A stretch of 60,541 bases of DNA, filler included. It is 5 parts of 5 records of this genome, joined end to end, with 100 filler letters (N's around TTAATTAATTAA, not from the genome) between each part and the next. Parts side by side here need not be neighbours in the genome. Positions count along the whole stretch, not along the records: positions 1 to 14,239 come from SRR31156797_3775; positions 14,340 to 27,920 come from SRR31156797_3780; 3 more parts are not named here. One strand, written 5' to 3'. Shown here in pieces: positions 10,236 through 20,275 of this stretch (positions are counted from its first letter, which is position 1; every line of letters starts with the position of its first letter). Position numbers and translations under genes: made by a program. The notes under the pieces were generated by a model, which was given only the letters and a program-made list of their open reading frames with translations, had not been told where the DNA came from and made no database searches.

Positions 10236-11580
10236 TAGAAATAACTAAACCATTGTTATTTGAAGCTTGTACAGTTGCATTATGTAACTGTGCAATCTGC
10301 TTGACTATACTAAGCCCTAGACCACTACCTTTTTTATTTATATCAACTCTATAAAATCTATCAAATATTTGTATCAAATCTTTTTTGTTTAAACCATTGC
10401 CCTCATCTTTTACATTTAGCCATACTGTATTATTATGTCTTTTTAAACTTATTGTTATTGTTCCCATAGGTATATTATTTTCATCAACCGCATAAAATAA
10501 AGAGTTGTTAATGATATTGTTTAGCATACTTTCAAGCATAATATCATCAATATTTAAATATACATCCTCATCAAGACCTTCATAAGCAAATTCAAAACCT
10601 TTTTCATAAACTTTTGGAGCAACTTTAAGTGCATATTTTTTGCAAACTTCATCTAGATTCATCTTTTTGAATCTATTTCTATTTATAGTATTGGGATTTG
10701 TTTTTGCATATAATAAAAGCTGTTCTGTTATATGTGACATCGAATTTATAAGTTTTGACAATTCAATATATTTTTTATCATTTTTATCTAAATATTGCTC
10801 AAGTTTTACTTGAATCTCTGCAAGTGGAGTTCTTAACTGATGTGAAACATCTGCATTAAATTGCTCAATGTATTCAATATTTTCTTTACTTCTTTTTATT
10901 AAAATATTAATACTATTTACTACATCTTCTATCTCTTTTGGTGCATTGAACTTAATTGGTTTTAAATCTCTAGAGTCTTTCTTTTGTATAATTTTTTGAA
11001 GGTAATATAAAGGAGACAAACCATTTTTAATCGCTAGTATGGATATTGTAATTGTAAATATAATTACTATCCCAATTGTTGTAATAAGCAACATCAATAT
11101 CTCATTTATAGTTTTGTCTCGCCCTTCCATACTTTCTGCAACTGTAATAATTGCTGTATGATTTAATCCTCTACTTGAGATATGAATTTTAAAAGACAAT
11201 GCTCTAAGTCTTGCTCCTGCGTAAGTTGTATTGTAATACACTTTGTTTTTGTTTTTCAAAAGCTCTTTTTTCAATAAACCTTTATATCCAACTAAAACTG
11301 TATCATTTTCATTTACAACAGAATAAAAAACCATCCCTTCACTATTTGAAGTCAATAAATCTATTGCAAAGTATGGTAAATCAACTATTAGATTTCCATT
11401 TCTAAGAATCACATTTGATTCCATACTTTTTCCAGAAGCCAAAAGTACACTATCAAAATGTTTATTTACTTTATTTTGAACTAAAAAATATATTGAAAGA
11501 AAAAGGATAATTGAACCAATAAGTAAAGGGGTTGTTAGCCAGATTAATAATCTGGATTTTATTGAATATCTTTTTTTCAT
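10219..11580 (-). CDS. tctE: Sensor histidine kinase, TctE-like
   Basis: Two TM helices with a 2CSK_N-type periplasmic region (VDLPYFAIDLL), H-box DVSHQLRTPL, DEGNG and GSGLGLSIV ATPase motifs. Confidence 0.85.
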   Translation of the reverse strand: MKKRYSIKSRLLIWLTTPLLIGSIILFLSIYFLVQNKVNKHFDSVLLASGKSMESNVILRNGNLIVDLPYFAIDLLTSNSEGMVFYSVVNENDTVLVGYKGLLKKELLKNKNKVYYNTTYAGARLRALSFKIHISSRGLNHTAIITVAESMEGRDKTINEILMLLITTIGIVIIFTITISILAIKNGLSPLYYLQKIIQKKDSRDLKPIKFNAPKEIEDVVNSINILIKRSKENIEYIEQFNADVSHQLRTPLAEIQVKLEQYLDKNDKKYIELSKLINSMSHITEQLLLYAKTNPNTINRNRFKKMNLDEVCKKYALKVAPKVYEKGFEFAYEGLDEDVYLNIDDIMLESMLNNIINNSLFYAVDENNIPMGTITISLKRHNNTVWLNVKDEGNGLNKKDLIQIFDRFYRVDINKKGSGLGLSIVKQIAQLHNATVQASNNNGLVISIIFQI

Positions 11581-12239
11581 TTTTTGTTTAATATATACCC
11601 TAACCCTCTAACAGTTTTTAAAGACAAGGAATCCCCAACTTTTTTTCTCAGTCTTGAGATATATGTTTCAACTGCCGTTGGATTAAAATCATCATCAAAA
11701 GAGGTTATATGGTCAACAATATTATCTTTACTAAGTACAACATCAAGGTTTATAATCAAATACTCAAAAATAGCTAACTCTCTTTTTGTTAAGTCAATTA
11801 TTTGTTCATTTTTATATAAAGTTTTATTTTTTGTATCAAAAGTTAAATCATCATAAACTATTTTATTGCTTGTTTGATTTTTACTTCTTCTTAGTAAAGC
11901 TTGAACCCTTGCTACAACCTCATCAAGTTCAAAAGGTTTGCATAGATAATCATCTGCACCTGTATTAAGTCCTAATATTCTTTGGTCAAGTCTATCTCTA
12001 GCAGAGATAATCAAGATAGGGATATCTTGATTTAAATCTCTTAAGTGTTTTATAATATCTATACCATCAATTTTTGGTAAGCCCAAATCCAATACTAATA
12101 TATCATATTTGGTTGCTTTAAGAGCATATAGTCCATCTTCACCATCATCAAAAAGATCAACAATATATTTATACTCTTGTAACTTATTTAAAATCCCTTG
12201 GGCTAAGGTTTGATTATCTTCTAATAATAAAATTTTCAT
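11577..12239 (-). CDS. tctD: OmpR-family response regulator, TctD-like
   Basis: LLEDN, LDLGLP..DG, GADDYLCKPF, winged helix ETYISRLRKK...TVRGLGY. ATGA overlap with the kinase. Confidence 0.85.
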   Translation of the reverse strand: MKILLLEDNQTLAQGILNKLQEYKYIVDLFDDGEDGLYALKATKYDILVLDLGLPKIDGIDIIKHLRDLNQDIPILIISARDRLDQRILGLNTGADDYLCKPFELDEVVARVQALLRRSKNQTSNKIVYDDLTFDTKNKTLYKNEQIIDLTKRELAIFEYLIINLDVVLSKDNIVDHITSFDDDFNPTAVETYISRLRKKVGDSLSLKTVRGLGYILNKK

Positions 12240-12260
12240 TCTATTATTCTACCATAATAT

Positions 12261-13094
12261 TTAATGACTCATAAACACGGGAATAGTTGAATGCTCAAGT
12301 AAATATTTTGTTGTTCCACCAAACATTAATTCTTTTAATCCTCTTTGTCCAAATGCCCCTGCAACTATTAAATCAAAATTCCCATCTAATGCATTTGTTA
12401 AAAGTGCTTCTCCTGGTATTCCAGTTGTGTTTACTATTTTGTATGTTGCATTGATTTCATGGTCTTTTAAATAGTTTAATAGTTTAGCCATATGCTCTTC
12501 ACTTTTTGAATACTCTTCTGAAGAGATAATATGAACTTTTTGTGCTTTTTTTAACAAGTCCAGTGAAAGTGTAATTGCTCTTGAAGCTTCAGGAGAACCA
12601 TTCCATCCAATAATTATAGAATCAAGTTGAAAGTTTTTTAATACTCTTGGGAACATTAAAACAGGCTTTCCACTTTTTAAAACTGCTGTTTCAAATGTTG
12701 CAGTTGTAACCCCTTGAGGTGGAGCTGCTGCAATAACTAAATCACAATATTTTGATTCCTCTTCAATTAATTTACTTCTTACACCCTCTTTTTTAATCAA
12801 TTCAATTTTTGATTTATCAGTTGGATAGTTGTAAGTCAACTCTTTTGATACTTTATTTAATAACTTGTCAAAATCATTATCTTCATCATTTAAGTTCATA
12901 TTTACAACTTTTTCTATCTCTTCTACAATATGTTTTGATAGTCCAAGCTCTTTATATTTTTTCGATTGAGGAAAAGAACACTTTAAAATTTCTAACTTGA
13001 TATCAAAAAATTTTGCAATTAATAGTGCTCCATATAATCTTTCTTCTAACTCATCTCCCCCACCAACAGGGAAAAATATTTTTTTATAATTCAT
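12261..13094 (-). CDS. Universal stress protein (tandem UspA domains)
   Basis: IGWNGSPEASRA, DLIVAGAFG...ELMFGGTTKYLL, IPVFMSH C-terminus. Confidence 0.9.
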   Translation of the reverse strand: MNYKKIFFPVGGGDELEERLYGALLIAKFFDIKLEILKCSFPQSKKYKELGLSKHIVEEIEKVVNMNLNDEDNDFDKLLNKVSKELTYNYPTDKSKIELIKKEGVRSKLIEEESKYCDLVIAAAPPQGVTTATFETAVLKSGKPVLMFPRVLKNFQLDSIIIGWNGSPEASRAITLSLDLLKKAQKVHIISSEEYSKSEEHMAKLLNYLKDHEINATYKIVNTTGIPGEALLTNALDGNFDLIVAGAFGQRGLKELMFGGTTKYLLEHSTIPVFMSH

Positions 13095-13120
13095 AATTCT
13101 CCTTTTAACAAAGCTTATGA

Positions 13121-13153
13121 ATTATACTTAAATTATCTAGCACGAAACTTGCA
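13121..13153 (-). promoter_or_regulatory. Putative TctD box plus -10 of usp-tctD-tctE
   Basis: Minus strand TGCAAGTTT-cg-TGCTAGATA (11-bp period), then 7 nt, then TATAAT. Same geometry as at tctC. Confidence 0.5.
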
Positions 13154-13165
13154 ATTGTTTTAATA

Positions 13166-14020
13166 TTAGGCTGTTTTTTTCATCTTGTATAGTGAGTTAA
13201 AAATAAGTGTCAAAAGTATTATTGCTCCTCCTATAAAAGTATTTGAATATGGAACTTCATTTAAAAATATCCAAACCCAAATTGGAGCCATTATTGTTTC
13301 TATAATCATCAAAAGACTTGCTTCACTTGCATTAATAAATTTTGTGCCTTCCATAATTAATAATCTTGATATTGGAGTTACAAGCACACCCATCAAAAGA
13401 ACAAACACCAAATCTTTTATTGAGATTGTTAAGTTGTCTGCTAAAAAATATGTCAAACTTGATAAAATAATTCCAGAAATACATATAAGAAGTGTTCTAT
13501 TGAAATCTGTATGTTTAGACAAAATAACAAAAAACAATGACATACATATTGTACACATTAAAGCATAGAAATCTCCTAATAAACTCCCAAATTCAATATT
13601 TGTTCCAAAGATTATAAATAAGCCTATAAATATAAAAAATGAAGAGATAAATATATTTTTTGTTGGTTTGATTTTATAAAAAATGTACGAAAAGAATGCT
13701 GTAAATAAAGGTGTAGTTGCAAGTATTAATACAACATTTGATGCAAATGTATTTTTATTTGCTGATATAAAAAATAGATTCCCTAAAGCCATAAAAAATG
13801 TTCCTAGCAATACTATTTTAAAATTTGGCTTTTTTATCTCTATGCTAATATTTCTTTTCTTGTAAATAAGAATAAAAAGCATAGATAGAAACATACATAA
13901 TCCAATATAAAAAGAAAAAACAAAAGGTTTTATACTTGTAAGTTTAATTAACAGAGATTCAAAGCTCATGATAAAAACTCCAATAGAAGTTAAGACTAAG
14001 CCTTTTGTAGTATTTGTCAT
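13166..14020 (-). CDS. DMT/EamA-family transporter
   Basis: About ten TM helices, GDFYAL, IET..APIWVWIFLNEVP...GGAII. Confidence 0.9.
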   Translation of the reverse strand: MTNTTKGLVLTSIGVFIMSFESLLIKLTSIKPFVFSFYIGLCMFLSMLFILIYKKRNISIEIKKPNFKIVLLGTFFMALGNLFFISANKNTFASNVVLILATTPLFTAFFSYIFYKIKPTKNIFISSFFIFIGLFIIFGTNIEFGSLLGDFYALMCTICMSLFFVILSKHTDFNRTLLICISGIILSSLTYFLADNLTISIKDLVFVLLMGVLVTPISRLLIMEGTKFINASEASLLMIIETIMAPIWVWIFLNEVPYSNTFIGGAIILLTLIFNSLYKMKKTA

Positions 14021-14038
14021 TTTCTTTCCTAAAAATAC

Positions 14039-14056
14039 AAGGTTCTGTTGAACCTT
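14039..14056 (-). terminator. Hairpin after metH
   Basis: AAGGTTC-tgtt-GAACCTT followed on the minus strand by a T-rich run. Confidence 0.5.
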
Positions 14057-14061
14057 ATATT

Positions 14062-14238
14062 TTAAATATTATAATAGTTTGCTTTGTGATGAGGCACAAT
14101 AATTGCGCAAGTTGATTGTTCAGGATGTATTTGGAAAGTTTCTGATAACTCTATTCCAAACTCTTCTGGATTTAATAAATCAAAGATATCTTTACTTAAT
14201 TCTAACTCTGGGCAAGCTGCATATCCAGGAGAGTATCT
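14062..14238 (-). CDS. metH: B12-dependent methionine synthase, C-terminal fragment (cut by contig end; absent from ORF track)
   Basis: Manual translation RYSPGYAACPELELSKDIFDLLNPEEFGIELSETFQIHPEQSTCAIIVPHHKANYYNI* matches the MetH activation-domain end. Confidence 0.9.
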   Translation of the reverse strand, partial: RYSPGYAACPELELSKDIFDLLNPEEFGIELSETFQIHPEQSTCAIIVPHHKANYYNI

Positions 14239-14239
14239 A

Positions 14240-14339
14240 NNNNNNNNNNNNNNNNNNNNNNNNNNNNNNNNNNNNNNNNNNNNTTAATTAATTAANNNNN
14301 NNNNNNNNNNNNNNNNNNNNNNNNNNNNNNNNNNNNNNN
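14240..14339. other. Artificial contig spacer
   Basis: N-run with TTAATTAATTAA at 14284-14295; composition changes abruptly. Confidence 0.99.
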
Positions 14340-17300
14340 TAATGGGTAAGCGTTGTTCAGCAATACCATTGGATCATCTTCACAGGCTTCCATAAACGGT
14401 GGGCAGTCCATTAGCGGACTGTTGTTAACGATAACTATAAATGTACAGCTGTCACTACAACCCGTATCTGGATCTGTGTAAGTGTACATAATCGGATGAT
14501 TACCTGGCCCAACTGAATTGGGATAGAAAATGCCGGCTGTAACTCCGGTTCCAGAATAGGTGCCTCCTGATGGTAATCCTCCGCTCAGGGTAATCGGCCC
14601 GTCTTCAGGACAAACAGCAAAATCATCCGGACACGTAACTGTTGGTTTTGGGTTTACGATAACCGTTACTGAATCAAAAGCAGCATCACCAAAGGCATTG
14701 CTAACCGTAACAATATATGTTGTGTTAACAGTGGGTGTATCAGATGGGTTTTGCTGTGATGATGTAAATCCAACTGGGTTTGAAGTCCATGCAAAATTAT
14801 TGGCCCCACAACCTCCCGAAACATTCGCAGCCAGTTGGGTTGTTTCTCCCTCACATAATACAGCAGGTGTGGCGGATGCAGTTACACCCAGTTTTTTGAT
14901 TACTGACATCAAGGCTGAAATTCCGTTGTCATGGAATTTACCATCAGAATGTGGTAAGGCAGGGTTGTAAGTCACAAGAATTTCTTCCTCTGTCGCGGAG
15001 TTACTGTAATAAGCTCTCCAGGTGAAATCTTCATTTTCATCAAAGCCCTCCTTGATTGTGGTTGTGGTTACATCATCACCAAAGGCAACAAGTGTTTGGT
15101 TATTGATGCCATCCCAGAATGTAGCTCCACCACATGCCGGATTGCCGTTTTCATCGAGGTAGAATGTTCCCAGGAAATCACCTTGCGACAGGGAAACACA
15201 ATTAAATGTTATTGATGTCGGGATGCTGATGATGTGGGAAGATCCTGTTGGTGTATAACCCCAATCCGGAGGATGAATAATCAACCTGTAGTCTTCTACT
15301 TCACCATTTTCTGCAGAACCATAATAATTGAGTCCACCGGTGGTGTTAAAACGAAACCTGATATAGGTAGCGCCCGGTTTGATGTCTTCCGGGATATCAA
15401 ATGTTAGTGTGTTCATGCCGGATGTCAGAGGAGTGTTGTTGAATATATGTTCATCCGCCTCAATCCAGCTGCCATTCATATTAAAGTCGATCCATGCATT
15501 CAGATAACCATCCACAGATGCTTTGACTTTGATTTCGGCTGTTTCTCCAACCACAAAGGGTTCGATGAAAGTGACGCCGTCCTCATCAAAAACATTGTTG
15601 AGGTCATCCCCTGTTGCCGCCATATTTGGCATGCCATCCGGTTCTGTATCGATAGCATTTCCCAGGTAAGTTTGTCCATCCACAAAGTGTCGGGCTCCAT
15701 TGCTGGCAAGTAACGTTGGATAGGGCTGATCGGGCGCATCGCCAAAATCATAATCCTCGCCAACAACTTGTTCGCTGGTAATGATGAAGGCCATATTCCT
15801 GTCGAGTTGCGCCTCATACCCGGTTTCATCTCTTTGGATCGGCGGACTCAATACCATAGTTTCACCATTGGTTTGCCACTCCCAAATAACATTGTTCTGT
15901 GGGTTAGCAGATAACGCCATCAGCTCCAGCCAATAGAAATTACCCTCGATTTGAGCAAAAGGTTCGGGCAAAACAAAATAATAATAGTAAAGATCATCCA
16001 GGGTTATTGCCTTAATACCGGTATAGTATTCTCCAACTTCTCCAGGGTTTGTTCCAAATGGAGCGTCCCAAGTTAAAATCATTCCGCCAGGCTTATTATA
16101 AGGACCGGAAGCATCGTTGTCATAGATGGTGATGCGGAATCCGGCGCATGGCCCTGTGTTTGGTGCTTCGTAATAGCCCCACCAGTGCAGATCGGTAACT
16201 TCACCGCCTTCACATTTCCAGTCGTCTGCGATAAATAAATCAGGACCTTCCTGTTGATTTGCATGATATCCATGGAATTCTGTATTGGGTTCCTGGATCC
16301 ATTTGATGGTTTCATTTTCTATAATCTCAATTTTATAATCTTCAACTTCACCATTTTCGGCAAGACCTGTAAAGGACAGTCCTGATTGTTGTGATGAGAA
16401 CCTGAATCTTGCATAGGTTGATCCCTTGAGTGCGTTTGTCGGGACAAGGAATGTGAGGTTATTATCACCGGCAGTCAGCATTTCATCTGCAAAGATTTTC
16501 TCTCCAACATCAGCCCAACTTCCGTTCTGGTTGAAGTCAATCCATGCACTCAATCCTCCATTTACCGATGCGTTCACATTGATTTGAGCCGGCTTACCCG
16601 GTATCAATGCCGAAAGGAAAGTAACTCCGTCTTCATCATCCTGGTCGTTCACATCATCTCCATCAGCATTAGCTGTTGGCTGGCCGTCGAATTCCCAGTC
16701 AATGGTATCGCCAAGGTAGGTAACACCGTCGATGATATGACGTGCACCGTCATTAACAAACAATGTTGGATACGGATCATCAGGTGCATCACCAAAATCC
16801 ATTCCTACAACCCTGATAGTGAAATCACCAACTGAAGTAAATCCAATTTGATAAGTATATGAATAAGTAACTTCATAATAACCGGTATCTGTCGGGAAAA
16901 ACAGGCTGTCCTGGAATCCGGGACCATCAAATGATCCTCCCGGCGGGTTAGCGCCTTGCGGAACAAACGGAGGAGAACCGGCCCGTACTGTTGTATCGGG
17001 ACAGGATGCTTTTGTAACCCTGGTAATCACTGTTGTTCTTTCACTTTTGTGGCCATCGTTATCGATCGCCCTGGTCCTTACCACGCTTTTTCCGGTATCA
17101 CTTACTAGTACATCCACAGGCGGAAATAGCGGACCCTGGGTTACGGTGCCGGTACCAGTCACACTTGGAACAGGCTCGTTAGGACAAATCATAATGGTGC
17201 TGAATATTTTGGCGCCATTAGGTGGATAGTTGTCATCAAACCCGGAACATGTTCCTGAACTCTCATTAATATCTCCCTCGATATATTCTTCAAGGCCATC

Positions 17301-19640
17301 ACCCGGATCCATATAATCAAACCTGCGTTTACCTTCTTTTGGACTGTTATGCACTGAACTCATAGTCATGAAATGCCCAACCGTATCAACTTTTCCCTGG
17401 GCGTTGGTTTCGGTCCACATAAAGAGTTGTATGATGTCCTGTTCGATACCATTAATAAGTCCATCACCTTCAAGCTTATTTCGCATATTAGTGCTGTTGA
17501 ATTTATTGTAAGGCATCGGTCCTGATACTTTAAACCCATTGCCGTGTTCTTTAATCCATTTTCTGGCACCATTGGCCATATCAGTATCTTTTGTGCCTTT
17601 TTCGGCATCATATTTAACATAAGGTTTTAATGCTTCAGCAAGATCTCCTACTGATAGGCCGCCATCTATGTTAGGATATCCGGCATTAGCAAATGTCTTT
17701 AAACATGCCGCTAACGCATAAGGACCACATGACATATCATCCTGTTGCTCAGCGTGAGGTACATCTTTTTGATACCATTCTGGTTTTTTCTCGATCTCGA
17801 AGATTACAGAATCTAAGTTTGCAAGCTCCGGCATTATCGAAATGGTAATAACCTCTTCATCTGTAACGAACCCTTCCTCCAGCGAAGATTCAAATGATGA
17901 TGGAGGGGTAGGATCATACATAATCGGTTCTTCGTTAATAACATCCACAACAGTTCCATCAATCGTAACAGCTTCGGCCATGAAGAAAAGTGGAAGTAAT
18001 GATTGATCTAATATCTCGTGTGGTAAATAGCCTGACCAGCCATCAGCTTCTTCCTGCATTGAGTTTGTTGGCCCAGGAGCAGGATAGCTAAATCCATCGT
18101 TATCGGTATAAAATAAATTCCAGGATTTTGAACCTAAACTGTGTGAGTAGAAGAAGTTCACAGATGCAATTTGCTCATCAGGATCATCTGCAAATAACTG
18201 AACCGGGGTGGTATCGTTTACGTTTCCAATCCATGCATACCATGGTTCAGGATCGGCTTTAAACGTTGGCCTTAAGAACAAACCTGATGGTTGAATAACG
18301 GGATCATCACAATCTTTTTCTTTGAAGCAGGTGTGAATGATATTCCCACTCAGGATATAGTTGAAACCGCGGATATCTATCGATAACCATTCGGGATTAA
18401 AATCCGGAATCTGGTAAATGATATTATCTATCAGGATAGGTTCGAACAGATTTCCCTGATGTACAAAAATAGTTTCTGAACGCTCAATGTACAAGTCTTC
18501 GATCTGCGGATCGGGAACATCTTCAGGAAGTGGTGGTCGGCTCACTTCAGGATATCCGGGCCAGTTGGGCGTTGACCAGTTAAATACAATCTCAACCTCC
18601 GTCGGGAAGTCGGGATTCCTGGGCTCAATGATCATATTGGCTTTGATTTCTTTCCTCCTGGAATTGTTAACCGGGTGATCGTAGAACCATACATTCCACC
18701 AGCCATAGTTGGGATATTCGAACCATTGGCCTTCGGCAAACCCAGTGCCTCCAAACTGTCCTGCAAATCCCTCCTCAGTCATTTCAACCATAAAATCATC
18801 CATGCGTTGAAGCAGGGGGCTCAAATACAGTACATTGTTTTCGCCTGATTTCAGCACCAAAAAATCTTCACCTATGGGGTCAAAGGAATTAGGAATGGGT
18901 GAATGTGTCCAGTCGTAGAGATCAGCCTGGGTTAGGGTGAGGGGCTCATAACCCATTTCCAGCGGGCTAAAAATTACCACATTGGATGGGTCGTCAACCT
19001 GGGTGAATATAAAACGCGGATAAAATGAGAGGGTTGTAGTAAATTCACCGCCCCACTCATCCTGCTTTGTGATCACCTGTGAACTGGCTTCGGGCTTTGG
19101 CATTTCAATTTCAACAAATACATCAAAAAACGAATCAAAGCCACCCATATCAACTGCTACGGGTTCAGCACCCTGAACCAGCAAAACCGGAATATCCAGC
19201 AAAACAATCTGATCATCGGGTAATGGTTCAGAAAAATTAACATCAGATAGCCTTTCGAGATGCAGATCAACTTCAGGCATCGTGGTGCCCTGAGAATTAG
19301 CGCCGAACAGATCGATTGTTCCGGTAAAAGGTTCTGATCCAGGACCAAAAAAATCAGGAGGCAGGGGGGGGTATGCTCCTTCATTACCAATTTCAATCTG
19401 GCCACAGGTCAATGTAAAATATTCAGCACCTGATAAAATAAATTCTGATTTTGAATTTTTTAGGTTATCCCCGTCAAAACCATGATCGGGAAGGATTAGA
19501 TCATCAGCTATTGCTGATGTTTGGGGATTTAAATAACAAGGATCATCACCATTGTTATTTACTTTTTCGGCACTAATCGTATCCTGACAAAAAATTGCCA
19601 GAAGTGCCATTGTAACAAATGTGTATAATAACTTTTTCAT
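14340..19640 (-). CDS. Giant secreted multidomain protein with C39-like cysteine peptidase domain and two GEVED modules, 3'-truncated
   Basis: Signal peptide; QQDDMSCGPYALAACL...GHFMT...YMDPG (Cys-His-Asp); two DFGDAP...GEVEDY modules; Ig/PKD-like repeats. Runs into the spacer, so a T9SS tail cannot be seen. Confidence 0.85.
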
Positions 19641-19677
19641 AACTGTAAGTATTTAGGTTTTCAAAATTTTTGTTTGT

Positions 19678-19815
19678 TCACTTTTGACGAAAATCAATTT
19701 TTAAAGGCTGGGAAGAAAAAGCCAAATAGCCTGTCAGGCCATTTTCAGTGCTAAAAATAGGCAATCCAAGGCTATTTGGCAAATCTTTCACGTTTTTGTT
19801 TTTATTTTTCTTCAT
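19678..19815 (-). CDS. Possible 45-aa leader ORF
   Basis: MKKNKNKNVKDLPNSLGLPIFSTENGLTGYLAFSSQPLKIDFRQK*, preceded by an A/C-rich Bacteroidetes-type leader. Overlaps the hairpin below. Confidence 0.25.
   Translation of the reverse strand: MKKNKNKNVKDLPNSLGLPIFSTENGLTGYLAFSSQPLKIDFRQK
19716..19780 (-). terminator. Long leader hairpin with U-tract (possible attenuator)
   Basis: 12-bp perfect stem GCCAAATAGCCT/AGGCTATTTGGC with an inner imperfect stem, followed by TTTTTCTT on the coding strand, about 80 nt before the ATG. Confidence 0.5.
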
Positions 19816-19977
19816 GCTTCACGCTTTTGTTTTGTTGTTTGTTTATTAATAATTGGTTTAAGGGGTTGGGGGTACTGACTGGGTTGTGATGAGAAAAAAG
19901 CAGTCTGAAGGGGGTTATATCTTAAAATATTTCAATCCATTTTTTCAAACCTGTTTTTTGTTTACTGGTTTCAGTTT

Positions 19978-19995
19978 TTCAAGTACTGTGCCCAA
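19978..19995 (-). promoter_or_regulatory. Sigma-54-type promoter of the C39-like protease gene
   Basis: TTGGGCAC-AGTAC-TTGAA against consensus TGGCAC-N5-TTGC; the -12 C deviates. Confidence 0.55.
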
Positions 19996-20112
19996 CTGTT
20001 TCCTTTTATGAAAAATATATGATTGTTGGTTTATAAAAACCTGAAAAAGAACGGTGTATAACCATGATTTTTTTTGTGGTTTTGCTTGCCTTTCACAAGG
20101 CTGATTAATCTA

Positions 20113-20165
20113 TGGGCGAATTTCACCAGGTGATTTCACCCATATGGGTGAAAAATCACACCCAT
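20113..20165. promoter_or_regulatory. Cluster of palindromic enhancer-like sites
   Basis: TGGGCGAATTTCACCA, GGTGATTTCACCCA, TGGGTGAAAAATCACACCCA; about 120 bp upstream of the -24 element. Confidence 0.65.
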
Positions 20166-20211
20166 TCATTTTTTTTTGATTCTTTTAAACTTCATGAAAA
20201 GAAAGAACTGT

Positions 20212-20245
20212 AAAAAACGTCTTCCCGGAGTTTCACCGGGAAGAC
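20212..20245 (-). terminator. Rho-independent terminator after the C10 protease gene
   Basis: GTCTTCCCGG-tgaaact-CCGGGAAGAC followed by GTTTTTT. Confidence 0.85.
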
Positions 20246-20275
20246 TGGAAGTAATTCGACCTCCTCTTGCAATAT

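Noticed and set aside
14103-14291. 62-aa plus-strand ORF
   Set aside because: It is the antisense shadow of the metH 3' end and terminates in the linker.
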